A stretch of 46,827 nt of DNA from a virus (lineage: Duplodnaviria; Caudoviricetes). Shown here piece after piece: positions 8,865 to 18,666 of this stretch (position 1 is the first letter of the stretch; every line of letters starts with the position of its first letter). The position numbers and the translations under genes are program-made. Under the pieces are notes generated by a model, which had not been told where the DNA came from, did no database searches, and saw only the letters and a list, made by a program, of their open reading frames with translations. The stretch is taken from IMG/VR virus record IMGVR_UViG_3300042315_000882, positions 1 to 46,827 of that record; one strand, written 5' to 3'.

Positions 8865-10340
8865 ATGTCAAATCAAAGAGAAATTAAGTGTCCGAATTGT
8901 TCAGGTCAAGTTTTAGCTAAAACTGGCGGAAGAGCATTTGCTTCTATTACGGGGTTTTTACAAAGATCATTCAATATTAAATTTCCAACTGGTTTGGTTT
9001 CATACTTGAAAGAAAAGATGCCTGTCTCTAAACAGTCTATTTTTAAAGAAGGCTGTCCCATGTGCAAGGGAAAAGGAAACATTATTGATCCTTCTGATGA
9101 TTCTGCAAAATACAAAAAAGTAGAGCAGCTTGCAAAGCAATATGAAGACGAAATTTTAGATTTAGAAAATCGTCTTGGTCCACCATGCGGAAATCGTTAT
9201 ACAATAATTCAAGGTTCTGATTTACTTGAAGTTGGATTAGGAATGAACAATGCTCCTTCATACAGAGTAGATAAGGACAAGAATATTAGAAACAAAGGCT
9301 TAATTGATCCAGGAAAGATTAATACAAGTAAAGCAGGACCTCAAATACCTGAAGGCGGAACATGTAATCACGTTCAAGGCATTAATTCGTTAGCATCTCC
9401 AGGAGGACACTATATGATTAAGTGCTCCAATAAATTTAGTGTTGTTGCTGGAGCTCAAGGAATAGAACTTATTACAGGAGGCCCGGTAACAATTAGTGGA
9501 GGAATTACTAGATTCACGGCTCCAGAATTGTCTATTGGTAGTTCAACCGGAAGACTATCCCTTCACGGTGACGTTGTTGACATTGGAGGTAGGAGTGTAG
9601 AGGTAGCTCCGACTGACGGTCATTTTTTTGTAAAAGGAACTATCAGCAACACAGGAAACGTCATGGTCGGTGGACATATGCATAGTGAAAGTGTGTCTTT
9701 TGTTAAAGCAGAATGCACAGGTCGAAACGAAATAACAAAACCTGCAGCTTCCAGTGATCTATATGGAGGTCCTGCGTTTTGGGGTGGTGTTGGAGTAGAA
9801 GGCATAATTGCATCTTTAAAGGATTTACTAGGGTTCGTAACAAGTAAAACAACTAATCCAACCGAAGCCCAACAAATAATGACGCCTAGGTTTGTAGAAA
9901 GTTTTAGAGACAAAGTGCTCAATATGACGTACAACGCGCAGCCATGGGAAATTAAACCGACTGGCTATATTTTACCCGGAACTTCAATAGTTCTTACTGG
10001 AACGTGTCCTTGTAATTATCCTACTCCTGGCTCACAAGCTGTAGGAATTGTAACAGGGACAGTAGTTGCTCCAATTCCTATTAATAATTTTCCTCACGTA
10101 CATGCTTTACCTGACAACGAACACGTACATGAAGTAAGAATACCTGATATTGACTGTTCAGCAGATTCTGCAGCAGAAGTTCGGAGCAAGCAAGGAGGAA
10201 TTTCGGCTCCAGCTCCGTTAGGAAAAAGTTCTACGAGTGCTCTTCAGGCAGGACTTAGTTTATTCTCGTCTATAGGTATGGTATTTATGCCGGTGTGGAA
10301 AGCAATTAATGGACAAACAGGACCATACCAGAAATCATGA
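8865..10340 (+). CDS. gp5-like spike C-terminal part
   Basis: Gly/Val/Ser beta-helix-like repeats, HxH motifs (PHVH, EHVH), N-terminal CPNC...CPMC; follows the gp5 N-part. Confidence 0.6.
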   Translation: MSNQREIKCPNCSGQVLAKTGGRAFASITGFLQRSFNIKFPTGLVSYLKEKMPVSKQSIFKEGCPMCKGKGNIIDPSDDSAKYKKVEQLAKQYEDEILDLENRLGPPCGNRYTIIQGSDLLEVGLGMNNAPSYRVDKDKNIRNKGLIDPGKINTSKAGPQIPEGGTCNHVQGINSLASPGGHYMIKCSNKFSVVAGAQGIELITGGPVTISGGITRFTAPELSIGSSTGRLSLHGDVVDIGGRSVEVAPTDGHFFVKGTISNTGNVMVGGHMHSESVSFVKAECTGRNEITKPAASSDLYGGPAFWGGVGVEGIIASLKDLLGFVTSKTTNPTEAQQIMTPRFVESFRDKVLNMTYNAQPWEIKPTGYILPGTSIVLTGTCPCNYPTPGSQAVGIVTGTVVAPIPINNFPHVHALPDNEHVHEVRIPDIDCSADSAAEVRSKQGGISAPAPLGKSSTSALQAGLSLFSSIGMVFMPVWKAINGQTGPYQKS

Positions 10341-10841
10341 CATTACATTAATGTAATGCGAAAGAATTTTTTTTGCTGTTTCGTTGGGTTCTCTTTCTAT
10401 CAAAGAAATTGGAATATGTTTAATCATTTCCAACATACTTAAATAACCCCCTGCTCGTTTTTTATTAACGACAAATTGTTCTCCGTTTTGAGTGGAAGAC
10501 AATTGAATAAATGCATTGCATTCCATTGCTGTTAATTCACTAGAAGTGACAGTAAAAAAATGACTCATCACATTATTGTTAAGATTAATTGAAATGGAGC
10601 ATATGCTAGACATGCAAGTTTTTGGACAAAAGTCTTTTTTGCTCGAAAGTTGTTCTATCGTCACTGCAGGAATTTCAGGATCAATATATTCTAGCTTTAA
10701 CCGTTCGTATGGGTGAATAGGAACAGAAGAAAGAGCTATTTCCAGTTCTCTTCTTAATTGTTGACTTCCTGACAATACAGTCTCAAGAGTACTTAAAATA
10801 CTAAAATCTGTTATATATGCAGACAGTGTAGCAAACATCAT
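10335..10841 (-). CDS. hypothetical protein
   Basis: 168 aa ORF; TTGATT-N17-TAAATT upstream on the minus strand (10848-10876). Confidence 0.6.
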   Translation of the reverse strand: MMFATLSAYITDFSILSTLETVLSGSQQLRRELEIALSSVPIHPYERLKLEYIDPEIPAVTIEQLSSKKDFCPKTCMSSICSISINLNNNVMSHFFTVTSSELTAMECNAFIQLSSTQNGEQFVVNKKRAGGYLSMLEMIKHIPISLIEREPNETAKKILSHYINVMS

Positions 10842-10872
10842 GAAGTTAATTTAACAAATATTTTGTAAAAAA

Positions 10873-11364
10873 TCAAACAAACATTTCTCCTAAAAATGCT
10901 TCCCAGTGCTCATGGTGAGCCGCTATATCTTTTTGACCGTGTATTTTAAACCCCATTTTAGATGCTTTTCTGTAAAACTCCGGCTTTGGTGCTCCGTGAT
11001 ATTTCCAGCGCTTTTCTAAAGCCTGTGGATAAAAAGACAAAGCAATGAGAGATTTGTTTGCAAATACTAATCCTTGGTCTAACAATAAAGAGGGAATTGT
11101 TTGTTTTACTTTATCGTGATGTTGATAAATTGTAATAGCGACTCTATTACATTCATCTTCCGAATCAGCAAAACTAGCAGTCAAACAAACTAAAAATAAT
11201 ACATCAATTGCATTCGATGTAACAATTTTTTCGGAATCGGTTGCTAATTTTGTTCCTATAGCTTTTTTAATAGACGTTTTAGATTCCAGATCCGTTTGAT
11301 AAAGATTTTTTAAAGCCTCACAGTTTTTGGAATTATACAGCTGTTCAATGAGGCTCTTAACCAT
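10873..11364 (-). CDS. hypothetical protein
   Basis: 163 aa; TAAGTA-N5-ATG upstream. Confidence 0.65.
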   Translation of the reverse strand: MVKSLIEQLYNSKNCEALKNLYQTDLESKTSIKKAIGTKLATDSEKIVTSNAIDVLFLVCLTASFADSEDECNRVAITIYQHHDKVKQTIPSLLLDQGLVFANKSLIALSFYPQALEKRWKYHGAPKPEFYRKASKMGFKIHGQKDIAAHHEHWEAFLGEMFV

Positions 11365-11368
11365 ATTA

Positions 11369-12151
11369 TTACTTAATTTTATTAGCTTGGTATTTTTCTA
11401 CCTGATCTACAATAAATTTAAGAATTTCAGAACGCATTATGTCTTCTTTAGTAAATTCTACACAATATATTCCCTGTTCTCTGGCTTCAGGTGTATTAAA
11501 AATATCAAACATTGGTTTAAATCCAGATAAATCTTTGTGTTTAAGATCAGTTTGCATTGGATCTCCGAGAATAAAATATTTTGTAAATTTGCCTATGCGA
11601 GTTAAAGATGTTAAAATTTCTTGAAATGTAGCATTTTGAAATTCATCAAGAATAACTACTTTGGCATTATAAGAAGCCCCACGTAAATAGTTTACCGGCA
11701 TTCCCTTTACTCGTTCGTCATTAAAAAGCCTTTTAATGTCACCTGCCGGCAACAATTCTTCTAATTTATCACTCAACACAGAAACGAAATAATGCAACTT
11801 ATCAGACATATCTCCAGGAAGTGTTCCCATAGAATGAGATGCGCTTTCCACTATAGTTCTGATATAGACGAGATCGCTTACTTTTTTTTGATTTAATAGT
11901 TGTAAAGCACAATATACAGCTAGAATGCTTTTGCTAGTACCGGATGGACCAGACAAAAAAATCATTTTAGTGTCTTTGTGTAAAGCTAATTCAATAAAGC
12001 TTTTTTGTTTTTCTGTCCACTCTAAGTCCCGTATGGTTAAATTAAAATCAATTTTTTCCCTTTGATGTACTTTTGGAGATGTGTCTTTTTGTGTTGATTC
12101 GCCTACAGGTACTTTTGTTTTACTACTCGAAAGAGTTTTAGGTTTCTTCAT
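11369..12151 (-). CDS. phoH: PhoH-like ATPase
   Basis: GPSGTSKS Walker A, YLRGASY, ILDEFQN, LTRIG, GDPMQTD, DIMRS motifs. Confidence 0.93.
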   Translation of the reverse strand: MKKPKTLSSSKTKVPVGESTQKDTSPKVHQREKIDFNLTIRDLEWTEKQKSFIELALHKDTKMIFLSGPSGTSKSILAVYCALQLLNQKKVSDLVYIRTIVESASHSMGTLPGDMSDKLHYFVSVLSDKLEELLPAGDIKRLFNDERVKGMPVNYLRGASYNAKVVILDEFQNATFQEILTSLTRIGKFTKYFILGDPMQTDLKHKDLSGFKPMFDIFNTPEAREQGIYCVEFTKEDIMRSEILKFIVDQVEKYQANKIK

Positions 12152-12217
12152 ATTTTGTTAAAACTGACTTAATGCTATTTATTTGTTTTATTTTAAATAA
12201 CGATAAATAATAATACC

Positions 12218-12475
12218 ATGAGATTACCTTTCAATTTAGAGGATCCAAAATTAGACGAAAGAGCTAGAGTGAAATTTTTGTACAATTCTCCGGAGTTACA
12301 TCAAAATATAGAAGTATCGCTTGATGGAGATGAGACCACCGTCGAGACCCTTTTGGATGCGTTTCAAAGATTTTTGGGAGCTTTAGGTCTATCAACACCA
12401 AGCAATGTGGTATTAGGGTTTGTGGAACTAAATAATGAAGATGACGAGGAAGAAACCGATTCAAGCGAGGATTAA
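12218..12475 (+). CDS. small acidic hypothetical protein
   Basis: TAAATA at 12204-12209; LLDAFQRFLGALG helix. Confidence 0.65.
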   Translation: MRLPFNLEDPKLDERARVKFLYNSPELHQNIEVSLDGDETTVETLLDAFQRFLGALGLSTPSNVVLGFVELNNEDDEEETDSSED

Positions 12476-12484
12476 TATATATTT

Positions 12485-14119
12485 ATGAGCCAAGATTACA
12501 GACTTACTGAACTTTACAAGCAAATTTATTCTACTAAAAAACCGGAGGAAACTTCCAGCGTTAAAAATTTGTATGAAGCATATAAACAAGTTAATTTGTA
12601 TGAAACTAAAAGCTTAATAGAAGAAGCTGTAAAAAAAATGACAGACAAAAACCTTGAAAGTCGCTACATTAACCGCATTGCTGATGCTATAGCTACAGAA
12701 AAAGAACTTACGTTTATAAACAGAAAAAACGAAAGCACTGACGTGGTTGCATCTATACTTGTCAATGGAGAAGAGTGGTCTTTAGAAAATTGGCAACGTT
12801 GGGCTGTAAAATGTTTTGCTGACAAAAAAGGAGCATTGGTACAAAAAACCTCGTTCAAACTTTCTTCTGGAGAGGTATTTGAAATTAAAGACTTGGTTAA
12901 AACGGATGCTTTATCAAAAGCAATTATAAACGTCGGGGATGCTGCTGAAGCAATTTTAGGAGCCGCTATAACAGCTAAATTTAAAATTGGCGGCAAAGAC
13001 ATTACTCCTTCAAATATAGTTGAAGTTCTTAAGGTAGCAGTAGATGAAAAACAATACGTAACTACCACAAATTATAATTTACCTGGAGTAGCAGAAGATC
13101 AAATTATGTTCAATCTTTCGTTAAATCGGGTGGCTATTAAAGGATTAAAGTCTTTATTAGAGGAACCAGATCCTTTATCGGAAAAAATCTCAAAGTTTAG
13201 ATTAGTTTGGGAGAGCGACGTTTCTCCTAAAAACGTAAAATCCATACAAAATCTTTTTTTTAGTGCTGCAATATATGCTAATAAGAATTTAAAAATAAAA
13301 CAAGCAATAGACAAAGCCAAAAACGAAAAACGAAAAAACTCAATTCAAATAATCAGCGACGGAGGAGAAGCTGCAAATCAAAGCATTACAAAGGTAGATT
13401 TAACTTTAGTATATGACGGAGTTAAGATGCGCTTATTGAGTCTCAAAGCAGGCAAAGTCAAACAATTTGGCCAAGTAAGCGGAGGAACTTTTTCAAGACT
13501 AAACGAATTCTTTTTATCAACTTTAGGAATTCAAATTGATCCTAATTTAGAAACAGCTTATAAATTCAAACCTTCTTCTGATCCTGATTACAAAGAATTT
13601 AACTACAATATTAACGGACCGGGACCAAAACCAATAGCTAATTTATACAAATACGTCGAAAAAACTTTAAGCCAAAAATTAACCAAGCAAGACGATTATG
13701 AAGAATACGATGTGATTAGTGCTCTTTATAATGCAATTAGACATCACGCCACTCTTAATCAAGAAGGAGTCAGCATGGTGGTGTTGTCTTCCGATGCTAA
13801 ATTAGGTTATAAAGAACTCAGCTTCGGACAAGAGCTATTAAAAGCCCTCCAAAATTACACGTTTTCGGTTGTCAATAAGACTGACGGAAAAAACCACAAA
13901 ATAATTGTTGTAGGAAAACTAAAACCCACCAAACAACCAGAGCTTAAACAAAAAGCCCAAAAAGCCGAAAAACCGCTGCCCGCTTCAAAAAATTTGCTTT
14001 TTCAGATTCGCACCTTTGCTCAAAGCAAAGCTATAAGAAACGTAATAGAAATGGGTGATCTATTAAAAGATTTAGCAGATGTTGAAAAAATAGAACAACA
14101 ATCTATAGACAAAAAATAA
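12485..14119 (+). CDS. large protein with possible PD-(D/E)xK-like nuclease fold
   Basis: NVGDAAEAIL ... TKVDL ... LSLKAG spacing; N-terminal LYEAY/LYE/LIEE propeptide-like region. Function is inference. Confidence 0.5.
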   Translation: MSQDYRLTELYKQIYSTKKPEETSSVKNLYEAYKQVNLYETKSLIEEAVKKMTDKNLESRYINRIADAIATEKELTFINRKNESTDVVASILVNGEEWSLENWQRWAVKCFADKKGALVQKTSFKLSSGEVFEIKDLVKTDALSKAIINVGDAAEAILGAAITAKFKIGGKDITPSNIVEVLKVAVDEKQYVTTTNYNLPGVAEDQIMFNLSLNRVAIKGLKSLLEEPDPLSEKISKFRLVWESDVSPKNVKSIQNLFFSAAIYANKNLKIKQAIDKAKNEKRKNSIQIISDGGEAANQSITKVDLTLVYDGVKMRLLSLKAGKVKQFGQVSGGTFSRLNEFFLSTLGIQIDPNLETAYKFKPSSDPDYKEFNYNINGPGPKPIANLYKYVEKTLSQKLTKQDDYEEYDVISALYNAIRHHATLNQEGVSMVVLSSDAKLGYKELSFGQELLKALQNYTFSVVNKTDGKNHKIIVVGKLKPTKQPELKQKAQKAEKPLPASKNLLFQIRTFAQSKAIRNVIEMGDLLKDLADVEKIEQQSIDKK

Positions 14120-14133
14120 AATATTAGTATAAT
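14106..14133 (+). promoter_or_regulatory. sigma70-like promoter TAGACA-N16-TATAAT
   Basis: GTG start at 14140 lies 6 nt after the -10 box, so probably leaderless. Confidence 0.65.
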
Positions 14134-14139
14134 GAGTTC

Positions 14140-14667
14140 GTGAATATTTTTTGTACAAACGACGATCCAATTCTTTCAGCTCAAGAGCTTTGTGACCAGC
14201 ACTGCAGGTCCAAAATGCAAATTGAATCAGCTATTCTTTTACAGCATTGCTTTTCCAATGAAACTTTGCAATCTGCTCCTCCTACTAAGAAAGGAACCGC
14301 TCGCAAGTCCGGCAAAGGCTATTACAATCATCCTTGTTCAGTTTGGACTAGAGAATCAAAAGCCAACTTTGAGTGGCTTTGCGAGCATGCTTTGGAAATG
14401 TTTAATGAACGAGACTATCGTTGGCCAACTTCTGCAGAGCACTTTACTAAAACATTCATTCAGTGGTGCAAAGACAACGTTCATAAAGCTTCTGCTTGCA
14501 AAGGAACAAAACTTACACCTTTTGCTACAGCTATTAATCCTCAATCTAAATGCATGCAAATTAAAGGTTTCGACCAGCTTCCAACCGTAGATAAATACAA
14601 ACAGTATATTCGATTGGATAAAGAATTCGCAACTTGGTTAAAACGCCCTAAGCCTTCTTGGTATTGA
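14140..14667 (+). CDS. pyrimidine dimer DNA glycosylase/endonuclease V-like protein
   Basis: MNIF...DP..SAQ.LCDQH..KM.IESA..L and NHPCSVWTRES..N..WL motifs of the Pyr_excise family. Confidence 0.8.
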   Translation: MNIFCTNDDPILSAQELCDQHCRSKMQIESAILLQHCFSNETLQSAPPTKKGTARKSGKGYYNHPCSVWTRESKANFEWLCEHALEMFNERDYRWPTSAEHFTKTFIQWCKDNVHKASACKGTKLTPFATAINPQSKCMQIKGFDQLPTVDKYKQYIRLDKEFATWLKRPKPSWY

Positions 14668-14785
14668 CTTTCTTTTTTACACAATTTGGGACCATTTTTT
14701 GGTCCTTTTTTTTCATTCCCTTTTGCTGATAGCCCTTCCAGCATTTTTCCATTACTAGCTCAACAAGCTGATCAAATTTTTCCAT
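14648..14785 (-). CDS. 45-aa basic protein with CWKGY...MVPNCV motif (not in ORF track)
   Basis: Hand translation MEKFDQLVELVMEKCWKGYQQKGMKKKDQKMVPNCVKKKVNTKKA*; TAAATA-N5-ATG upstream. Confidence 0.8.
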   Translation of the reverse strand: MEKFDQLVELVMEKCWKGYQQKGMKKKDQKMVPNCVKKKVNTKKA

Positions 14786-14818
14786 CTAGGTATTTAATCA
14801 AAAAAGATAAATAACATC

Positions 14819-16078
14819 ATGTTAGAAACTTCATTTAGGAGCTTTTTTGGGCAAGCTTCCGGACAAATTATTTTACGAGAACAAGTTGATAGCGGAGGGG
14901 TGCTTCAACATCTAACACATTTAGAAGAACTTATTCTAACATCAAAAATGCAAGGGCTAAATTTAGCTATTGAATTTTTAAAACAACTTTGGAGCACATT
15001 AAAAGGAAATACTGATTCAAAAACATTTGTTAGTATTAAATTCGACGGAGCTCCTTCAGTTATAGCCGGGTACAATCCACAAGATAAAAAATTTTTTGTT
15101 AGCACAAAAAGTATTGGCAATGTCAATCCAAAAATTAATTATTCTCCTGAAGACGTAGATAAAAATCACGGCCACGCTCCTGGTCTTGCTGAGAAATTAA
15201 AACTAGCGCTTAACTATTTACCTTCAGTTATTCGTAGTGGCATTTACCAAGGAGATTTTATGTTTGATCAAAGAGATCTTAAAAGACAAAACATTGAAGG
15301 AGAAGACTTAATTTTATTTAAACCAAATACTATTACCTACGCTGTAGAACAACACAGTCCATTAGGACAAAGAATTCTGAGTTCTAAAATAGGCGTAATT
15401 TTTCATACAAAATACTCAGGAATAAATTTGCAAAGTTTAAAAAAAAGCTCTAATGTGAATGTTTCAGAATTTAATCAAACAGCCGATGTATTTGTCGATG
15501 ATGCTAAATTTAAAGACATTTCTGGAATGGCTACGTTTACAAACGAAGAATCTGAAAATTTGCAAGCATTAATTGACTCAGTTTCTGCTGCAGGTAACCA
15601 AATAGAGTGGGATAGTATTTCTGATCAAATTTATACATATTTAAATACTTTTATTAATAGTTTAGTTAGACAAAGCAAATTCGTTCAAAATCCTCAAAAA
15701 GAATACGAAGCATTTGTTACTTGGATTGAAACGAAAGGAAAAAATGCCGTAGAGTCAATGAAAACAACAAAAGGCAAAGAGCGTAAACAGCAAGCGTTGT
15801 CAGAATTAGTTTCAACGATCCAAAAAAACAAATTAAATATTTTAAACTTATTAAACTTAACAAAAAAATTAGAACAAGCAAAAAGAATCTTTATCGAAAA
15901 ATACAACTCAGCAATTAAAACAAAGCAGTTTTTAACTCAGCCTGACGGAACGCTAAAAGTTTCTGCTCCAGAAGGTTATGTAGCTGTAGATCATTCAGGA
16001 AATATGGTAAAATTCGTTGATCGATTATCATTTTCTGCAGCTAACTTTGTTGCTTCTAAAGCCGAAAAATTTAAATGA
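14819..16078 (+). CDS. DUF6267-like protein, ligase/capping-type nucleotidyltransferase fold
   Basis: HLTHLEE, KFDG (motif I), YQGDFMF, FKPNTITY, EGYV, VKFVDRLSFS. Confidence 0.75.
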   Translation: MLETSFRSFFGQASGQIILREQVDSGGVLQHLTHLEELILTSKMQGLNLAIEFLKQLWSTLKGNTDSKTFVSIKFDGAPSVIAGYNPQDKKFFVSTKSIGNVNPKINYSPEDVDKNHGHAPGLAEKLKLALNYLPSVIRSGIYQGDFMFDQRDLKRQNIEGEDLILFKPNTITYAVEQHSPLGQRILSSKIGVIFHTKYSGINLQSLKKSSNVNVSEFNQTADVFVDDAKFKDISGMATFTNEESENLQALIDSVSAAGNQIEWDSISDQIYTYLNTFINSLVRQSKFVQNPQKEYEAFVTWIETKGKNAVESMKTTKGKERKQQALSELVSTIQKNKLNILNLLNLTKKLEQAKRIFIEKYNSAIKTKQFLTQPDGTLKVSAPEGYVAVDHSGNMVKFVDRLSFSAANFVASKAEKFK

Positions 16079-16689
16079 AAACATTTAGACAATTTTTTAC
16101 AGAACAAGCCAATCAAAAAACAATGACTTTTGCATATGGCAGATTTAATCCTCCTACAATTGCTCACAATATGCTCATCGAAAAGGTAATCGAAACAGCT
16201 CAGCAAAGCAAGTCAGATTTTTTAATAGTGCCGTCACATTCAATCAAACCTCCAGAAAAAAATCCACTAACTATAGAACAAAAAGCCAAAATTTTAAAAT
16301 ACATGGTGCCAGATCCTTCAAAGATTGGAATGTTTGGGCAAACATATGTATTAGTTTTACAAAAACTTCAATCGTTGGGATACAACCGTATCATACAAGT
16401 AGCAGGTTCCGATCGTATTCCCGAATTTAGTTTTTTTGTCAACAAATACAACGGGAAGGCCGACAAATCAGGAAATGTGCTTTTTAATTTTAATTATTTT
16501 GAATTCATTTCGGCTGGAGAACGAGATCCAGATTCAGAGGGGATGTCAGGAATGAGCGCATCCAAATTAAGAAAGCTTGCATTTGACGGAGACATCGAAC
16601 AATTTAAAGAAGGTATGACTGAAACAGTTCCTGATAAACTTAAAGAGCAAGCGTATCTTCAAATTAGAAAAATGCTTAGGCAACAATAA
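16075..16689 (+). CDS. cytidylyltransferase/NMNAT-like HIGH-family nucleotidyltransferase
   Basis: GRFNPPTIAH, KNPL, GSDR, SAGERDPD, MSASKLR. Confidence 0.88.
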   Translation: MKTFRQFFTEQANQKTMTFAYGRFNPPTIAHNMLIEKVIETAQQSKSDFLIVPSHSIKPPEKNPLTIEQKAKILKYMVPDPSKIGMFGQTYVLVLQKLQSLGYNRIIQVAGSDRIPEFSFFVNKYNGKADKSGNVLFNFNYFEFISAGERDPDSEGMSGMSASKLRKLAFDGDIEQFKEGMTETVPDKLKEQAYLQIRKMLRQQ

Positions 16690-16698
16690 ATAACTTGT

Positions 16699-17571
16699 AT
16701 GACAAAAAATTTTGATGTTGTTTTTGAACAAATGCTCAGTGAAATGATGCCTGCAGATATTAGCGGATTCGATGGAGGCTTTGGGGGTGCCGTAAAACAT
16801 ATTAAAAGCGGAATCCCACAAGGAGAACCAAAAGGTCACTTTGCTCCTTTGCAAAAATTAAGCAATGAAGACCAGGATAAAGTTCTTGAACAAATTTTTA
16901 GAGAAGTTTTTTCAGAAAAAGAAAACACATATGCTCCAACTATTGATAACACAGAAGACCTCCATGCAGCAATTCAAACAGCAATTCGAAATGTTTCAAG
17001 CAAAACAGCTTTAAAAGCCTCCGCGAAATTTGCTTCTAAATTTTTAGCAGATAGACTTATGACGTTACTTAAAAATAACGTTAAATATACTACATCCAGC
17101 GGAGTGGAGTCTCTTCAAAAAGAAATGACTCAAAAAGAATTTAAACAAGCTCTTAAACAAGCTTTGGAAGAAGCACCAAAAGAACAAACATCTCCAGAGT
17201 CAGAAGAAAAGACAGAAACCGAAACGGACTCAAACGTAGAAAAAGTTTACTTTAAAGCACCTGATTTTGAGTCAGACGATTTAGAACTCCAAAAAACTTT
17301 TAGCAAACTTCCTAGTGATAAAGACATGTCTTGGGAAGAAGTAGTCAAAACGATTAAAATGTCTCCCGCTTTAGCTTTACTTGATGCTGGTGGATTGGTG
17401 GAAACTGAAAAAGAAGTTGAAGCAGGAGAAGAAGAATATGGTAGCGAAATAAAAGAATTGGATCCAGAAGACGAAGATTCAGTAGATTACGATAGTGAAT
17501 TTAACAAATCAATGAGAACAATTGATCCTTATTTTTCTACAACTCGAGGTAGCTGGAAATGGGACGACTGA
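16699..17571 (+). CDS. acidic late protein, probable head-internal
   Basis: TAAATA-N6-ATG; N-terminal NFDVVFEQMLSE. Confidence 0.65.
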   Translation: MTKNFDVVFEQMLSEMMPADISGFDGGFGGAVKHIKSGIPQGEPKGHFAPLQKLSNEDQDKVLEQIFREVFSEKENTYAPTIDNTEDLHAAIQTAIRNVSSKTALKASAKFASKFLADRLMTLLKNNVKYTTSSGVESLQKEMTQKEFKQALKQALEEAPKEQTSPESEEKTETETDSNVEKVYFKAPDFESDDLELQKTFSKLPSDKDMSWEEVVKTIKMSPALALLDAGGLVETEKEVEAGEEEYGSEIKELDPEDEDSVDYDSEFNKSMRTIDPYFSTTRGSWKWDD

Positions 17572-17599
17572 TTATTTCAAAAAAAAAAATAAAACCATT

Positions 17600-17628
17600 A
17601 AAAGAGATGCATATGCATCTCTTTTTTT
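17600..17628. terminator. palindromic intrinsic terminator
   Basis: AAAAGAGATGCATATGCATCTCTTTT followed by further T residues. Confidence 0.75.
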
Positions 17629-17644
17629 GCATAAATAGGTATAC

Positions 17645-18379
17645 ATGAACATCTACACCTACGATCATGAAATTATAACAATGACAAATCAGTTGTTAAA
17701 TTGCATTAACAACATTGTTATTAACAGATTTAATGTTCATCGACAAACTAGAGATAAAATTAAAGTAAGAATAGTATATGCTCCAAAACAAAGAGTTTTG
17801 CACGATTTACTAAATAGAGACCAAACTCTCCGTCTTCCTGTAATTTCAGTACAAATTAAAGGTATTAGTAGAGACACACAAAGAGTAACCAACAAGTTGC
17901 TTGGAAGTTATCATAATTTAACAAACGAATCTCTTAATAGTATACATGACAGAACTCCCTTGCCTGTTGATGTTAGTTACAGCGTTTCTGTGATGACTAG
18001 ATACCAAGAAGACATGGATCAGATTCTATCTCATATAACACCCTATGTAAATCCTTATTTTGTAGTTTCATGGAGAACACCAAACAGGCCAAGTCATGAA
18101 ATTCGTTCGAGGGTTTATTGGGACGGAAACGTCAACGTAGAATATCCTGTAGAACTTACAAACACAACCGTTGCTAGAGTTGTTGCTGATCTTTCGTTTG
18201 TGTTTAAAGGCTGGCTATTTCAAGCCGGTCCTTCTAATGTATCAAACGTCAATCAATTTATTACAAATTACGCCACAGTTAGTTCAATTGATCCTGAATT
18301 TGTGTTAGACACAACAAACCCACAAATGACAGCTGCAACTAATTTATATTCAGCATATTATCCTCCACTAACCTCATAA
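17645..18379 (+). CDS. tail sheath stabiliser/terminator, T4 gp15-like
   Basis: IKVRIVYAPKQR, LRLPVIS, PLPVDVSY, YQEDMDQILSHITPY. Confidence 0.85.
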   Translation: MNIYTYDHEIITMTNQLLNCINNIVINRFNVHRQTRDKIKVRIVYAPKQRVLHDLLNRDQTLRLPVISVQIKGISRDTQRVTNKLLGSYHNLTNESLNSIHDRTPLPVDVSYSVSVMTRYQEDMDQILSHITPYVNPYFVVSWRTPNRPSHEIRSRVYWDGNVNVEYPVELTNTTVARVVADLSFVFKGWLFQAGPSNVSNVNQFITNYATVSSIDPEFVLDTTNPQMTAATNLYSAYYPPLTS

Positions 18380-18391
18380 GATATTTGGCTG

Positions 18392-18419
18392 TTGACAAAC
18401 ATTTTAATTATTGGATTAT
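18392..18419 (+). promoter_or_regulatory. sigma70-like promoter TTGACA-N16-GATTAT
   Basis: Perfect -35, weaker -10; ATG 18429 follows. Confidence 0.5.
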
Positions 18420-18428
18420 AGAGATCCA

Positions 18429-18650
18429 ATGAACACATACATTAAACCAATCGAACAAATCACAGGAAAGAAAACCGAAATGGAGTCCGGAGTTAGTCTG
18501 ACCCGTAAAATCAAAATGATTAGCCGTCATCTCAATCCAACGAAATATGAGTTTCTCGGTTTCCTTGATCGTACAAACGAAGCAGTTCTTCGTCCACGTT
18601 ATCACAACGTGCGCAATTCACTTGGCCAGTTTGCTTGCGTTGCCGAGTAA
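18429..18650 (+). CDS. small basic hypothetical protein in its own transcription unit
   Basis: Flanked by a promoter and a terminator; C-terminal HNVRNSLGQF. Confidence 0.65.
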   Translation: MNTYIKPIEQITGKKTEMESGVSLTRKIKMISRHLNPTKYEFLGFLDRTNEAVLRPRYHNVRNSLGQFACVAE

Positions 18651-18666
18651 ATAAAAATAACTAAAT

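Noticed and set aside
11369-12151. PhoH as a novelty
   Set aside because: Common in aquatic T4-like phages.
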